DNA of 63,961 nucleotides, filler included, from Thelocarpon superellum (lineage: Eukaryota): assembly GCA_026025795.1 (NCBI GenBank). It is 3 parts of 3 records of this genome, joined end to end, with 100 filler letters (N's around TTAATTAATTAA, not from the genome) between each part and the next. Parts side by side here need not be neighbours in the genome. Positions count along the whole stretch, not along the records: positions 45,074 to 63,961 come from JAPEUG010000355.1; 2 more parts are not named here. One strand, given 5' to 3'. Both the position numbers and the translations under genes were made by a program. The notes below the pieces were generated by a model. It saw only the letters and a list, made by a program, of their open reading frames with translations, had not been told where the DNA came from and searched no databases. Below, piece by piece: positions 62,253 to 63,961 of this stretch; the stretch's first letter is position 1; each line of letters starts with the position of its first letter.

Positions 62253-63111
62253 AGAGGAGGGTACGTCATCCACTTGGTTTCTGAAGTGGACCCGAGTCAA
62301 GACATGACCTGCCCTGACCCGACTGCTAATGTTGGATAGCAGAGCCGACAGAGACAGAGACGAGAAAGAATAAGAGCGAGGGCTAGAATTTTGGATATGG
62401 ATAGCGGCGGGAGCGCAACGCACGCAGTCATGTGAGCGTTGTCTAGAGGAGAAGAGATGAGATGAGATGCATAGAGGGTGCATAGAAGGTGCACAGAGGA
62501 TGCATTAAGAGGAGAAAGAGGAGGTATAGAAGACGTGAAAGAAGAAAAGATCAGAAAAATAGGATTAACAAAGAGTCAAAGACGGAGATGGAGATGGAGC
62601 TAAATTAGAAATAGAGCTAGAGCCAGTATCATTTGCTCAGCATTCATGATTCATGGTTCATCATTTGACGTGCATGGAGCGTTGAGTCGTTGAATCGTAT
62701 GGTTTCATTGCCAAATGCACCTGCGTGGCTGATTCTGTCCTTCCTATTCCTTGCCCATCCGTCCCATGCCTATCCCTTCCTTACCTACCCAACTCTTACC
62801 CGTCCATCCATTCATCCCATGCTAGTTCCGTCCCATGCCAGTTAGCGTCGAATCCTTTCCTACTCCTTTCCTATCGCATGCCCTTCGTCACGTCAATTCT
62901 TCATCGACCGTATCAGTCGCATGGTTCAGTCGCGTGACTTATTTCAACGCATCAACCAAATCAATCAATCAATCGGTTAGTCCCTCAATCGCATGGCGTG
63001 GAATCAAATCAAATCAAATAAGTCTAGAAATCACATCGTCCCTGCGGAAAGCAGATACATCTGATTTCAGAAGCACAGAAGAACGAAACGCGACTCTGGA
63101 GCAGATAACAA

Positions 63112-63961
63112 TCAGTCATTCCTACCCTCGTCCCTGTCATCATCTCCACCATCGCCCGTTCGATCCAAGGCTAAACTTAGATCCAGAGATAAGCGACCAG
63201 GTGCACTTTGCTGTCGGACCATATCATAGGTCGTGAAACCGGCCCCAATATGCTGCAAAGCCAACATCTGGTGCGGACGACGCCTCCGACTTATATTGGG
63301 CAGGTTGACGGGAGGAGTACCACCCGTATCCCGCAGGCCATGTCGACAAGAGAGCCCGGGTATGTATGGGTCGTGGTTGTCGAGGTTGATGGAAGATCGA
63401 GATCGTCCGTCGCAGCTGGGAGGCCCGCAGTTGCAATCATCGCCGCAAGGACATTGCGTCGCTCGAATATTGGCCTGATGCTCTTTCGTTCGTTGTTCGC
63501 GACGTTGCCTGATGTCTTCGAGCATCCGATCTTTCGCCTCGTCCGTCATCCTCGGTCGTTTTGGGGCGACTGGCGTTGGGGGCTGAGGATGGCGGGTGTC
63601 AGAGGGAGGAGGATCAACATCGTCCTCGCCAACGCACAGGCCATTCTGTGTCCGCGTCGAATCCACGCCGATCCGTTCACTTGCGAGAGAGTCTGAAGTC
63701 TCAGGTCGAGCGACTCGATGGACGGCGATCCCCCGCTTCAGAAGAGCGGTCTGGATGCCTCTTCCCACCTTTCCAAGCAGGATTCTACCCGACGGACGTT
63801 TGGAATGGGACCTGACTGGTCTACTCGGCGTCGTTTCCGTTCTGTCGTCTGGAGACTAAGGAAACACGAGTCAGGGATCAGATCGAGACACGACGCTGTT
63901 GCAGACCAACCTTAGCCGTATCTTCCCCTGGCACGCCAGGTCCAGAAGACCCGACCGGAGA
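63112..63961 (-). CDS. Partial hypothetical gene extending past the window end; exons <63961-63911, 63855-63112
   Basis: Intron 63910-63856 (GTTGGT..CTGAC..TTCCTTAG) joins two open frames. The product contains PKRPR and CPCGDDCNCGPPSC. Confidence 0.55.

Overview
This is eukaryotic DNA from a filamentous ascomycete (Pezizomycotina-like): GC-rich, with short GT-AG introns carrying CTRAC-type branch sites. It consists of three separate contigs joined by artificial 100-nt linkers (N44-TTAATTAATTAA-N44, at 22443-22542 and 44974-45073), so gene order across the linkers is meaningless. Contig 1 carries housekeeping genes: an uncharacterised protein, the kelch polarity protein Tea1/Kel1, the TORC1 subunit Raptor/Kog1, a Gemin2-like protein, cytosolic AspRS and a truncated HAD-IIA hydrolase. 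Contig 2 carries an RRM nucleolar-like protein, an SDR, a hypothetical protein, a compact N-acetylglucosamine sensing/uptake cluster and a Pth11-like membrane protein. That cluster comprises a GH3-GNAT sensor (NGS1), an Ndt80-family factor (RON1), a GlcNAc kinase (HXK3) and an UNC93/DUF895 transporter (NGT1-like); it lacks the usual deacetylase and deaminase. Contig 3 carries LEU2 with an upstream Leu3-type site, a secreted 5'-nucleotidase, a single-pass membrane protein, a secreted tyrosinase, a second Pth11-like gene, a split Aim3-like locus, a Gig30-type elongase and a partial gene. The C-terminal cysteine-proteinase-fold half of the Aim3-like locus is frameshifted and lacks its expected Cys. 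Exon models were built by hand, and family calls come from recognised motifs, not database searches. No RNA genes, transposons or CRISPR arrays were recognised.
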